64,000 nt of DNA, taken from contig CAVJSS010000001.1 in NCBI GenBank assembly GCA_963652335.1, forward strand, positions 125,179 to 189,178, in the 5' to 3' direction. The number at the start of each line of letters is the position of its first letter. Positions within the stretch are counted from its first letter, which is position 1. The translations under genes and the position numbers were made by a program. Under the pieces are notes generated by a model that saw nothing but the letters and a program-made list of their open reading frames with translations, had not been told where the DNA came from and searched no databases. Below are positions 51,142-59,775 of the stretch, piece after piece. This stretch comes from an uncultured Eubacteriales bacterium. Lineage in GTDB: Bacteria > Bacillota_I > Bacilli_A > RFN20 > CAG-826.

Positions 51142-52881
51142 ATGAGCTACCGCTTTTCTTTCCTTGCAACCTCTTTATCCACGTTATCGATTGTTCTGAT
51201 AGCCGTCAGCTGCGTGGTTTTCTTAGGGCTTTTATTCTGCGTTTTGTATTTCACGGTCTTCAGAAATGCCAAAACGGCCAAACTGGTAAGGGAAACCCTA
51301 AAGAAATACGAAGCTGCCCACTCTTTGCTTTTTGGCGACATCAACAAATACATTAAACGTTTGGAACATATCGCTTCGATGAATCTTTCCTACGCCGAGG
51401 ACTGCACGGCTTATAAACGAAGGTATAGCGACTTAAGGGATACTACCGACCAAATGGCCGGAAATGCATGCGATCAGCTTGATGGTTTGCTGGATGACAA
51501 GCGCTACAAAGACATCCGTTCCGAATTCGATGGATACAATGAAATAATAACCGAATATGTGAACATGGTGGATGATTTGAATAACGCCCTCAAATCGAAA
51601 TTCCAGGAAGAAGAGGACACAAATGCGGTTCTCATCGATTTGGGAAGCAAATTGAGGACTTTGAAGCAAACTTATTTCAACGAACAATCTCAATTGGCTT
51701 TGCTTTCGCATTCCTTTGAGATGGTTTTCACCAAAATAGATAGTTGCTTTGACGAAGCTAACACCAACATCGAATCAGCCAATTACGTGAAAGCCAATCG
51801 CATTTTGAGAGGGACGGTCGATCCAATCATCTCTGAATTAAGCAGGCTGATAGTCAATCTCCCAAATATGTGCCTTTCTGCCCAAAATATCCTTCCTGAT
51901 AAGCTTTCCTCCCTTAAATATCGCTATGAAGAGTTGTCCAATGAAGGATATCCTTTGAGGGATATCATAACCCCAGACAAATTCGTCAAATACGAAAATG
52001 AGATAAAATCGATCGTTGAAAGGCTAAAAAGATTCGAAGTCGATGGGATGCAGGATGAGATAGATAGCATTCTGACATCTTTCGAAAAATATAACAAAGC
52101 GTTGGATAAAGAAGTCGAAGCCAACAAAGTTTTCTTTTCCGAACACGATACAATCTACAAAGATCAGCAAAGGATGGAGAACCGCTGGGTTAACCTTTGC
52201 CATGCCCTGCCTGATATAAAGAAGATATTCGCTTTTTCCGCCAATGATTGCCAAATGGTTGATGACATCAAAGCCAAAGTAGACATATCATCCGGGACAA
52301 AAAGGACCTTGGATACCTTCGAACATTCAAGCAACAGGCAACCATATACGATTTTAGTCGAAAAGATGCACGAACTTCGCGATCAAACCAATGGTTCCCT
52401 AAATCAAATCGATAATTTTCAAAAGCATCTTTCCGATATGAAAAAAGACGTCGAATCCGCCAATAACGACCTTCCTCTTTATTGGATCAAAGCCAGGGAA
52501 GCCGAAGCATTGATAAGAGAAACCAATATCGAGAAGATCCAAAAAAAATATTCCCCTTCCATCGATACGATTTTCGACTTGATCGATAGCCTTTATAAAA
52601 AAGTCTCCACAGTCCCAATCGACGTTATCGCCGCAAACGAAATCCATAAAGAGCTCCAAGACACGGCCAATTCCGTTTTCTCGCTTTTAAACAAAGAAAG
52701 CGAAAGTCTCCACGAAGCCGAAGAATGCATAGTTTTTCGAAATCGTTATAGGGATTGTCTATCAAACGATAGTCTCCTTCATCAAGCTGAAGGCCTATTC
52801 ATGGATGGGGAATTCTCTTCAGCCTATGAGATGGCCTCTTCCACTCAGGACCCATCATCATTCCAATCCGACAATTTATGA
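51142..52881 (+). CDS. ezrA: Septation ring formation regulator EzrA-like
   Basis: Single N-terminal TM helix, ~550-aa coiled coil, and a C-terminal RNRYR patch resembling the EzrA QNR patch. Bacillus-like synteny (rpsD ... ezrA-nifZ-thiI). Confidence 0.7.
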   Translation: MSYRFSFLATSLSTLSIVLIAVSCVVFLGLLFCVLYFTVFRNAKTAKLVRETLKKYEAAHSLLFGDINKYIKRLEHIASMNLSYAEDCTAYKRRYSDLRDTTDQMAGNACDQLDGLLDDKRYKDIRSEFDGYNEIITEYVNMVDDLNNALKSKFQEEEDTNAVLIDLGSKLRTLKQTYFNEQSQLALLSHSFEMVFTKIDSCFDEANTNIESANYVKANRILRGTVDPIISELSRLIVNLPNMCLSAQNILPDKLSSLKYRYEELSNEGYPLRDIITPDKFVKYENEIKSIVERLKRFEVDGMQDEIDSILTSFEKYNKALDKEVEANKVFFSEHDTIYKDQQRMENRWVNLCHALPDIKKIFAFSANDCQMVDDIKAKVDISSGTKRTLDTFEHSSNRQPYTILVEKMHELRDQTNGSLNQIDNFQKHLSDMKKDVESANNDLPLYWIKAREAEALIRETNIEKIQKKYSPSIDTIFDLIDSLYKKVSTVPIDVIAANEIHKELQDTANSVFSLLNKESESLHEAEECIVFRNRYRDCLSNDSLLHQAEGLFMDGEFSSAYEMASSTQDPSSFQSDNL

Positions 52882-54020
52882 TCTATCTCGATAATGCTGC
52901 GACAACCTTGCCTTATGAAGCCGTGCTGAAAAAATACAACGCGGTTTCTCTTTTGACGTTCGGCAATTCTTCTTCCAATCATGCATTAGGCAGGAAATCC
53001 CTTCATCTTTTGGAAGAAGCAAGAAAAGAAATCCTTTCTTTGGCCAAATTGGATAAAACCCATGATCTTTTGTTCGTTTCAGGGGCGACCGAAGCCAACA
53101 ATCTAGCCATTAAAGGCATCGCCTTCAAATATGCAAACAGAGGCAAAAAACTGATAACCACGTCATATGAGCACCCATCTGTTTTGGAGACTTTCAAGCA
53201 ATTAAGGGATAGTTTCGGCTACGAATTGACTATTTTGGAGCCAAACGGGAAAGGCATTATCGATCCGATTGATTTGGAAAAAGCGATGGATGATAAAACG
53301 ATTCTCGTCTCGATAATGGCTATCAATAACGAAATCGCAACGAAAAACGATTTGAACAAACTCAAAGAAGTCATAGCCAACTACCCGAAATGTTTTTTTC
53401 ATAGTGACGCTACCCAAGGAATTGGAAAACTTCCTTTGGACCTTAAAAGCGCGGATCTGATATCTTTTTCCGGGCATAAGTTTGGCTCAGTCAAAGGAGT
53501 CGGCGGGCTGTTTGTCAAAAAGAACCTTCAATTAGCCCCTATTCATAATGGCGGAGGGCAAGAAGAAGGAATAAGGCCTGGAACGGTGGATGTAGCCGGA
53601 ATAGTTGCGATGGCGGAAGCTCTTAAGATCTCCTATTCAACGATGGAGGAATTCAATAAGAATTGCGTTCGTTGGTATAATGATCTTTATTCGTTCTTTT
53701 CGTCTCTAGATGGGATAAAATTGAATTCCAATCCATTAAGCGATTATCAAACCCCTTTTATAATCAATGTCGGCTTGCTCAAAAAGAAAGCTTCGGTCGT
53801 TGTCGAGGCTTTATCGAACGAAGAGATATACGTTTCCAGCGTCTCGGCGTGTTCTAGCAAAAGTAAGCCGATATCCGACACGATAAAAGCCATAACCCAT
53901 AACGAACAGCTTGCTGCCAATTCGATCCGCATATCTTTTGGCCATCAAACCAAAGACGACGATATTGAAACATTCAAAAAGGCCTTCAGGAAAGCCTTGG
54001 AAGGAGTATTTTCCAAATGA
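52878..54020 (+). CDS. Cysteine desulfurase (NifS/NifZ class)
   Basis: PLP-lysine motif SFSGHKFG and catalytic Cys in SSVSACSS. ATGA overlap with ezrA. Confidence 0.85.
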   Translation: MIYLDNAATTLPYEAVLKKYNAVSLLTFGNSSSNHALGRKSLHLLEEARKEILSLAKLDKTHDLLFVSGATEANNLAIKGIAFKYANRGKKLITTSYEHPSVLETFKQLRDSFGYELTILEPNGKGIIDPIDLEKAMDDKTILVSIMAINNEIATKNDLNKLKEVIANYPKCFFHSDATQGIGKLPLDLKSADLISFSGHKFGSVKGVGGLFVKKNLQLAPIHNGGGQEEGIRPGTVDVAGIVAMAEALKISYSTMEEFNKNCVRWYNDLYSFFSSLDGIKLNSNPLSDYQTPFIINVGLLKKKASVVVEALSNEEIYVSSVSACSSKSKPISDTIKAITHNEQLAANSIRISFGHQTKDDDIETFKKAFRKALEGVFSK

Positions 54021-55222
54021 ACGCCCACTTATTGATCCATTTCGGAGAACTTTCCACAAAAGGCGGAAACCGCAAACTTTTCATCAACAAATTGGCGCAT
54101 AACATAAGACGTGCGTTAAAGAAATACGAAAATGTCACGGTTACAGCCGATCACGACCATATCCACGTTTATCCAAAAGACGCTCCCTTTGATGAGATTT
54201 GTTCAATTATGAAAGAAATCCCTGGAATTCAAAGGGTGTCCGTCATCGAAAACTGTTCCAAGGAATTGGAAAAAATGGAAAAGATGGCCTTGGAACTGGT
54301 AGAGAAAGAAAAGGGCAAGACATTCAAAATAAACACTAAACGCGTAGACAAATCCTATCCTTTGGATTCTTATGGGATATCAAGGGCGTTAGCTTCTCAC
54401 ATCCTTAAAAACAGTGGCCTTAAAGTCGACGTTCACAATCCGGATATCAATCTTAACGTCGATCTTAGAAGGGATTGCGTTTATATGAGCTGCCATTCTT
54501 TTTTGGGAATAGGCGGATATCCTTTGGGAATGAACGGAAAAGTTCTTCTTTTGCTTAGCGGAGGCATCGATTCCCCGGTCGCGGCTTACGAACTTATCAG
54601 ACGCGGAATCAGGATCGAATGCATCCATTTCGCTTCCCCTCCATATACTTCATCTGCAGTATTGGATAAATTGGAAGACATCATCAAGGAACTCTCTTTC
54701 TATCAGGAAGACATCAAATTAAACATCGTTCCGTTTACAAAGCTTCAGGAAGAAATATATAAGAATGTCGACGAATCATATTGCATAACCATAATGAGAA
54801 GGATGATGGTCAGAATCGCGGTGGAAGTGGCCAAAAAGGAACATTGCTTAGCTATCGCGACCGGAGAATCGATAGGGCAAGTGGCTTCTCAGACTCTTGA
54901 ATCGATGCAAGTCATTAACGAAGTTACTAACTTTCCTATAATCAGACCTCTCGCCGTCAAAGACAAACTATCGATCATCAAAACAGCGAAAAAGATCAAT
55001 ACTTATGATATCTCGATCCGTCCATACGAGGATTGCTGCACGATATTCTCCCCAAAGAGCCCCAAGACCAAGCCTCAGTTGAATCATTGTTATCATTATG
55101 AAAAGAAATTCGGATGGGGACAAATCTTAAGCGATGCAGTCAGCAATCGCGAAAAAGTCTTCTTTAAAGATGGCATAAAAAAAGTTTTCGAAGAAATCAA
55201 AACCGAATCTTGCGATGAATAA
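54017..55222 (+). CDS. thiI: tRNA 4-thiouridine synthase
   Basis: THUMP-type N-terminus and PP-loop LLLSGGIDSPVAAY. No rhodanese domain, as in Bacillus. Confidence 0.9.
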   Translation: MNAHLLIHFGELSTKGGNRKLFINKLAHNIRRALKKYENVTVTADHDHIHVYPKDAPFDEICSIMKEIPGIQRVSVIENCSKELEKMEKMALELVEKEKGKTFKINTKRVDKSYPLDSYGISRALASHILKNSGLKVDVHNPDINLNVDLRRDCVYMSCHSFLGIGGYPLGMNGKVLLLLSGGIDSPVAAYELIRRGIRIECIHFASPPYTSSAVLDKLEDIIKELSFYQEDIKLNIVPFTKLQEEIYKNVDESYCITIMRRMMVRIAVEVAKKEHCLAIATGESIGQVASQTLESMQVINEVTNFPIIRPLAVKDKLSIIKTAKKINTYDISIRPYEDCCTIFSPKSPKTKPQLNHCYHYEKKFGWGQILSDAVSNREKVFFKDGIKKVFEEIKTESCDE

Positions 55223-55227
55223 GCTTC

Positions 55228-55253
55228 AGCCAGTCCCTAGCGACTGGCTTTTT
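55228..55253 (+). terminator. Rho-independent terminator
   Basis: AGCCAGTC-cctagc-GACTGGCT followed by TTTT. Confidence 0.6.
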
Positions 55254-55323
55254 GAGATGGCTGGGTTATCGAATAATGAAATAAAAAAACACTCCGGAGA
55301 GTGCTTTTTAATCCTTTTATCGC

Positions 55324-55680
55324 TTATTTGGCTGCTTTCTTGGCAGTTTCGACCAAGGAAGCGAAGGCTGCTGGATCATTGATGGCCAATTCGGAGAGCA
55401 TCTTTCTGTTAATGGAGATGTTGCTCTTTTTCAATCCATCCATGAAGCAGGAATAAGAGATGCCGTTTTGATGGCAAGCGGCATTGATGCGCTTGATCCA
55501 AAGCTTGCGGAAGTCGCTCTTGATCTTGCGACGGGAGACATAAGCGTATTTCCAGGAATGGAGGACTTGCTCTTTGGCTGTTTTAAAGAGCAAGTGTTTG
55601 CTGCCGAAATATCCTTCGGCGGCATTTAAGATTTTCTTGCGACGCGCTCTGGTTTGAACGCTGCCTTTGACTCTAGCCAT
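55324..55680 (-). CDS. rplT: 50S ribosomal protein L20
   Basis: [18 protein letters not shown]. Confidence 0.95.
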   Translation of the reverse strand: MARVKGSVQTRARRKKILNAAEGYFGSKHLLFKTAKEQVLHSWKYAYVSRRKIKSDFRKLWIKRINAACHQNGISYSCFMDGLKKSNISINRKMLSELAINDPAAFASLVETAKKAAK

Positions 55681-55697
55681 TGTTCTTTATCCTCCTC

Positions 55698-55901
55698 TTA
55701 TTTGGCCTTGTAATTGATCATGTCGCGGATGTGCGGCATATCAGCCTTGTTCATGTAAGTGAATTTCGCCAAGTGCATTTTCTGCTTATGGGATTTGTTA
55801 GGCGCTAAGTGGCCCATGTAGGCGTGTTTTCTTTTGATTTTGCCCGAAGCGGTGACTTTAACACGTTTCATCATCGAACGGTTGCTCTTCATTTTTGGCA
55901 T
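55698..55901 (-). CDS. rpmI: 50S ribosomal protein L35
   Basis: MPKMKSNRSMMKRVKVTASGKIKRK. 67 aa from the internal ATG. Confidence 0.9.
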   Translation of the reverse strand: MPKMKSNRSMMKRVKVTASGKIKRKHAYMGHLAPNKSHKQKMHLAKFTYMNKADMPHIRDMINYKAK

Positions 55902-55912
55902 AACTGTGTCTC

Positions 55913-56464
55913 CTATTGTTTCTTCTTCAAAGGGGCAATGATGCATTTGTACCATTTGCCTTCCCAGAACGGTGGTTTGTCAACTCCGCTGATGTCAGCC
56001 AACTGATCGCAGAAGGTTTTCATGACCTCTTCTCCAAGGTCCTTGTGAGCCATCTGACGGCCGCGGAAGATGACGCATACCTCAACCTTGTTTCCATCCT
56101 CGATGAAGCCTCTGGCGTGTCTAGCTTTGGTGTCCAAGTCATGCATGCCGATCTGCGGGGTAAGCTGCACTTGCTTAAGCTCGGTGGACTTTTGGTTCTT
56201 CCTTGCTTCTTTGGCGGCTTTTTGCTTCTCGAATTTGAATTTGCCGTAATTGAGGATCTTGCAGACTGGCGGTTTGCCTTGTGGAGCGACGCAATAGAGG
56301 TCCAATCCGTATTTCATGGCAAGTTCATTGGCGGTTCTGGAAGACATTTTCCCGAGTTGCTGCCCTTCCGGCCCGATTACCAACACTTCCGGATAACGGA
56401 TGTTTTCGTTGATGGGGTCCTGGTTTTTGTTAGGGCGGCGATTTGGTTGCTGGTTGTAGGCTAT
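55913..56464 (-). CDS. infC: Translation initiation factor IF-3, with non-AUG (ATA) start
   Basis: The in-frame extension of ORF 55913-56386 reads IAYNQQPNRRPNKNQDPINENIRYPEVLVIGPEGQQLG. AAAGGAGG lies 8 nt upstream of ATA at 56464. Confidence 0.85.
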   Translation of the reverse strand: MAYNQQPNRRPNKNQDPINENIRYPEVLVIGPEGQQLGKMSSRTANELAMKYGLDLYCVAPQGKPPVCKILNYGKFKFEKQKAAKEARKNQKSTELKQVQLTPQIGMHDLDTKARHARGFIEDGNKVEVCVIFRGRQMAHKDLGEEVMKTFCDQLADISGVDKPPFWEGKWYKCIIAPLKKKQ

Positions 56465-56611
56465 GGTAATTACCTCCTTTGGGACGAAAATAGCGCACAG
56501 TCCGTGCGCTCCGATTCCAGTAACTTACTTGTTGGGTAGCCTGGACCGATCTCTTAGAGAAATCCGGTGAGTTCGAGCACGAACTGCTTTCTACTTTTAT
56601 CGACAGCCCTA
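56465..56611 (-). promoter_or_regulatory. infC-rpmI-rplT leader with terminator-like hairpin (L20-leader-like attenuator)
   Basis: On the minus strand, the hairpin AGCGCAC-ggac-TGTGCGCT followed by ATTTT (56492-56510) sits just upstream of the SD. The context matches the Firmicutes L20 leader. No covariance-model check was done. Confidence 0.4.
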
Positions 56612-56639
56612 ATTATCCAAACATTTCCTTTTGCGTCAA
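56612..56639 (-). promoter_or_regulatory. Sigma-A-type promoter for the infC operon
   Basis: On the minus strand, TTGACG, 16 nt, then GATAAT. Confidence 0.4.
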
Positions 56640-56663
56640 GCACATTCGTATGCGAAAAGGCCT

Positions 56664-57281
56664 TTATTTCTCGAAAAGTCGTCTTTTGAGATAAATAGAG
56701 TCGTTTTCATCTATCCTCCTTATCGGTTTGCACGGGTTTCCAAAAGCCAAGTATCCATCCGGTATGTCTCTTGTTACCACGGATCCCATGCCAATTACGC
56801 AGTTCCTACCGATTTTCAAATTGGGGCCGATAATGACGTTACTGGCCAACCATGTCCCCGATCCGATTTCAATCGAACCTCCATATTCGTCATCGTAGGA
56901 ACTTCCATTATCATTGAATTTGGTCCTTCTTTCTTCACTTAGCAATGGGCGTATTGGGGTGGCCAACGTCACGTTGACCCCAATAAACACGTCATCGCCG
57001 ATGATAACTTCGCATGTATTCAAGACGGTGAAATTGAAATTAGCAAAGGAATTCTTCCCGATATGGATGTTATAGCCGTAATCGAAATGGCACGGAGACA
57101 TCAAAGAGAAGCTTTCGTCGGCATTTGGGAACAATTTTTTCAATATCTCTTTTCTTTTGAGATCGTTTTCCTTCAATGAATTGAATTCGGCACATAAACT
57201 ATGACGTTCGATCCTATCGTTTTTCAATCCTTCATTTGAAGGATCATATATCATCCCGGCTAACATCTTTTTTTCAGTCAT
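56664..57281 (-). CDS. maa: Maltose/galactoside O-acetyltransferase (hexapeptide repeat)
   Basis: N-terminal MLAGMIYDP motif and left-handed beta-helix hexapeptide repeats (IGDDVFIGVNV..., IGSGTWLASNVIIG). Confidence 0.8.
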   Translation of the reverse strand: MTEKKMLAGMIYDPSNEGLKNDRIERHSLCAEFNSLKENDLKRKEILKKLFPNADESFSLMSPCHFDYGYNIHIGKNSFANFNFTVLNTCEVIIGDDVFIGVNVTLATPIRPLLSEERRTKFNDNGSSYDDEYGGSIEIGSGTWLASNVIIGPNLKIGRNCVIGMGSVVTRDIPDGYLAFGNPCKPIRRIDENDSIYLKRRLFEK

Positions 57282-57517
57282 AGTAAATTCATGCCCTATC
57301 TCAATTATAAATTATGCATCGTGTGCTACGATTGGTGAGACTGTGAGGTCTCACGTTAATATTTACTATCCAAAACTGCGTCTTTACGCAATTGATGATG
57401 TCGGGAATTTGATCTTGAACATTTTTAAGGTCATTGCCTAAAACTGATTTGATGCCCTCTTTATAGTCGATTTTCACCCTATTGCCTTTTTTATTCGATA
57501 TTTAGTAAAATAATTAC

Positions 57518-58012
57518 ATGTCAGACATGTTGTATATGGTTTATGATACCGCGATTGGCGATGTTACAATCTGCGCCGATGATCGATTCGTTACCAACCT
57601 TTATTTCGGAGCATATGATCCTGCTGGTTATTACAACGAAGAAAACATCCGCTTGCTCGATGCCATAATGGAATTGAATAAATATTGTTATGGTCAGATG
57701 AAAGATCTCGATATCAGGCTCAAGCCTGATGGAGACAGCTTTGCTCAGCAGGTTTTTTCCTATATAAAGACCATTCCTTATGGCGAGACCAAAACCTATC
57801 AAGAGATCGCTAACGAGATAGGCGAGCCTGATGGCGCAAAAGAGATAATGGATGTTTTGAAAAACAATCCAATCCCCATCTTCATACCGTGTCACAGAGC
57901 TGTTGGAGAGGGGGATGACATAGGCATCTATTGCGGAAACATCGAACTTAAAAAACGCCTTATTCATATGGAAAAGGCCAATGCTCCTAGGTTCAAATTG
58001 CTTGGATTATGA
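57518..58012 (+). CDS. ogt: Methylated-DNA-protein-cysteine methyltransferase
   Basis: IPCHRAV active site preceded by YGETKTYQEIA. Confidence 0.85.
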   Translation: MSDMLYMVYDTAIGDVTICADDRFVTNLYFGAYDPAGYYNEENIRLLDAIMELNKYCYGQMKDLDIRLKPDGDSFAQQVFSYIKTIPYGETKTYQEIANEIGEPDGAKEIMDVLKNNPIPIFIPCHRAVGEGDDIGIYCGNIELKKRLIHMEKANAPRFKLLGL

Positions 58013-58017
58013 TAATT

Positions 58018-58067
58018 AAGGGTCGGAATCAGTCATCCGACCCTTTCAATCAGTCATCCGACCCTTT
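58018..58067 (+). terminator. ogt terminator with tandemly duplicated 3' arm
   Basis: AAGGGTCGGA-loop-TCCGACCCTT, then a second copy of AATCAGTCATCCGACCCTT followed by TTTATTT. Confidence 0.5.
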
Positions 58068-58134
58068 TATTTAATCTTGTTTAACGAAGATCTCTATGTA
58101 TAATTATTAAGCCGTTTTTCTTTGCGGCACCTAT

Positions 58135-58210
58135 GGGGCTTTAGCTCAGCTGGGAGAGCGCGTGCTTTGCAAGCATGAGGTCGTGGGTTCGATCCCCATA
58201 AGTTCCACCA
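58135..58210 (+). tRNA. tRNA-Ala (anticodon UGC)
   Basis: GGGGCTTTAGCTCAGCTGGGAGAGCGCGTGCTTTGCAAGCATGAGGTCGTGGGTTCGATCCCCATAAGTTCCACCA, with a G3:U70 pair. Confidence 0.95.
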
Positions 58211-58216
58211 TTAGTT

Positions 58217-58293
58217 GGCTCAGTAGCCCAGTTGGTTAGAGCAACCGGCTCATACCCGGTATGTCGAGGGTTCGAGTCCCCCCTGAGCCACCA
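58217..58293 (+). tRNA. tRNA with CAU anticodon (elongator Met, or Ile2 if lysidinylated)
   Basis: GGCTCAGTAGCCCAGTTGGTTAGAGCAACCGGCTCATACCCGGT...GGTTCGAGTCCCCCCTGAGCCACCA. It lacks the three G-C pairs of initiator anticodon stems. Confidence 0.85.
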
Positions 58294-58305
58294 ATCGATA
58301 ATGAC

Positions 58306-58333
58306 AAGCCTGATCGTTCAGGCTTTTCTTTTT
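58306..58333 (+). terminator. Rho-independent terminator after the tRNA pair
   Basis: AAGCCTGA-tcgt-TCAGGCTT followed by TTCTTTTT. Confidence 0.6.
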
Positions 58334-59189
58334 GGCCTAATCCAGTGTGTTTATTAAGCTAATTGAAGAATGAAAAACGATAGGAAGTGCCATATGTATG
58401 ATTAAATCAGCTTATTCCTTTGCCTTAAGAACGCCAAATGCCACCTAGCGGGATTTCTCCCCCTCATTTGTTCTCTTTTATAAGGACCATAAGGCTTACG
58501 GACTTTTGCGATTGATTGTGCGGGTTGATCGAAATTTGCTAAGTGCCATCCAAAAATGCGTATTCAGCTACGCTTTTGCTTTGCTTTAGTGATTGCAGTT
58601 TGAATGATGACGATTATGTTCGCTTATAGAGACAATAAGCAAAAGCTGAAAAGTGACCATTGAAGCATTCTTAAAATAAGTCGGGAATTCGTTTCGCCAA
58701 ATGTTGTTTTAGCTGTCTGCGATTTGACAAAAGGCAAAGTTCGCAGTCATCGCACATGGAGGCAAGAAACATGGGTTTTAAAGAAAGAAGAAGGGAATGG
58801 CTTCATAAACCGACATTCAATGGAGCTCCAGCTTCCTGGAACACGCGCTATTTTCAGCTCAGATTAAAGGGATTCAGAGAAGAACACGGGGAATTCGATG
58901 AATTTTTGACTGAAATAAAGAAATTGATAAGGACGGGAAACAATGCTTTTTCAAAAACATAAAAAATTCTTGGATGGCGAAGCTGAGGGCAATTGGATTT
59001 CGCCTCGTCCATGTCACGGCATTTGCGATAATTCCTTAATGCTTGCGACTTCAGTTTCTCATTGACCATAAATACCATTTCGGTTATTGGTACAGTTTTT
59101 TGTCCGTAGTCCCCTCTCGGAAACGAGCAAAAAGAAGTCAAAGATTCTGAGCCAAATCATGGTATCGATAAGAAGCAGAAAGACAAAAC

Positions 59190-59490
59190 GATTTTGGAAA
59201 TATTGCAAAACGCTATGAAAAAGACGCAGAAGATGGCAATCCTCACGTTCAATATAGACTAGGATTCCGCTAATTGAGTGGAATTGGAATGGATTGCGAT
59301 TATGAGAAAGCGGTTTTTGGTTCACCAAGGCTGTTGAACAAGGAAATGTTGATGCTCAATATGATTTAGGTTTTTGCTATGATAGTGGCACGTGTGTTGA
59401 GAAAGATTTTGATAAAGCGGTTTTTGGTTCACCAAGGCTGATGAGCAAGGCGTTGCCGGAGCGATTGTGAAAATGTCGCTGCATCGTTAG
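59190..59490 (+). pseudogene. Sel1-repeat (TPR-like) protein remnant
   Basis: About three Sel1-like units can be read (AEDGNPHVQYRLGFR*LSGIGMDCDYEKAVF / WFTKAVEQGNVDAQYDLGFCYDSGTCVEKDFDKAVF / WFTKADEQG...). Reading them requires one in-frame TAA (59271) and two -1 shifts at GGTTTTTGG tracts. Confidence 0.55.
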
Positions 59491-59775
59491 TCTGTTTGAT
59501 GATGAGTCCTAGCATTCAACTGAATCGATAATATGAAAAGCAATCGGAAACCACATATTTTCTGTTGGCAGTTCGAGTAATTGCTAAGCTTGTCTTTGCA
59601 TGTTTCATTCCGTCGATGTCGAACGCAAGATACTTTCCACGCCGACATAGTAAGACAATTGTACAATTTCCAAATTAAAATCAGGTTTCTGACAATAAAC
59701 GGAAACTGCTTTGGGAATTCACGGCAGCCAGATATCATTATTGATCACATGGTCTATGTCTGGTAAGCTCTGAAT

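Noticed and set aside
55916-56539. 207-aa plus-strand ORF over infC/rpmI
   Set aside because: It is antisense to IF-3, and its translation has no recognisable features.
57282-57517. Hairpin GTGAGAC-n6-GTCTCAC (57335-57354) and a ~57-codon minus-strand ORF (VKIDYKEGIKSVLGNDLKNVQDQIPDII...) between maa and ogt
   Set aside because: The hairpin lacks a U-tract and has no second copy in the window. The ORF is short, starts at GTG without an SD and has no recognisable family. It may be a gene remnant, but I cannot support that.
59487-59766. 83-aa minus-strand and 61-aa plus-strand ORFs just upstream of the reader-nuclease gene
   Set aside because: They overlap each other, have Cys/Arg-rich odd composition and lack an SD. 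They are treated as part of the decayed non-coding stretch.
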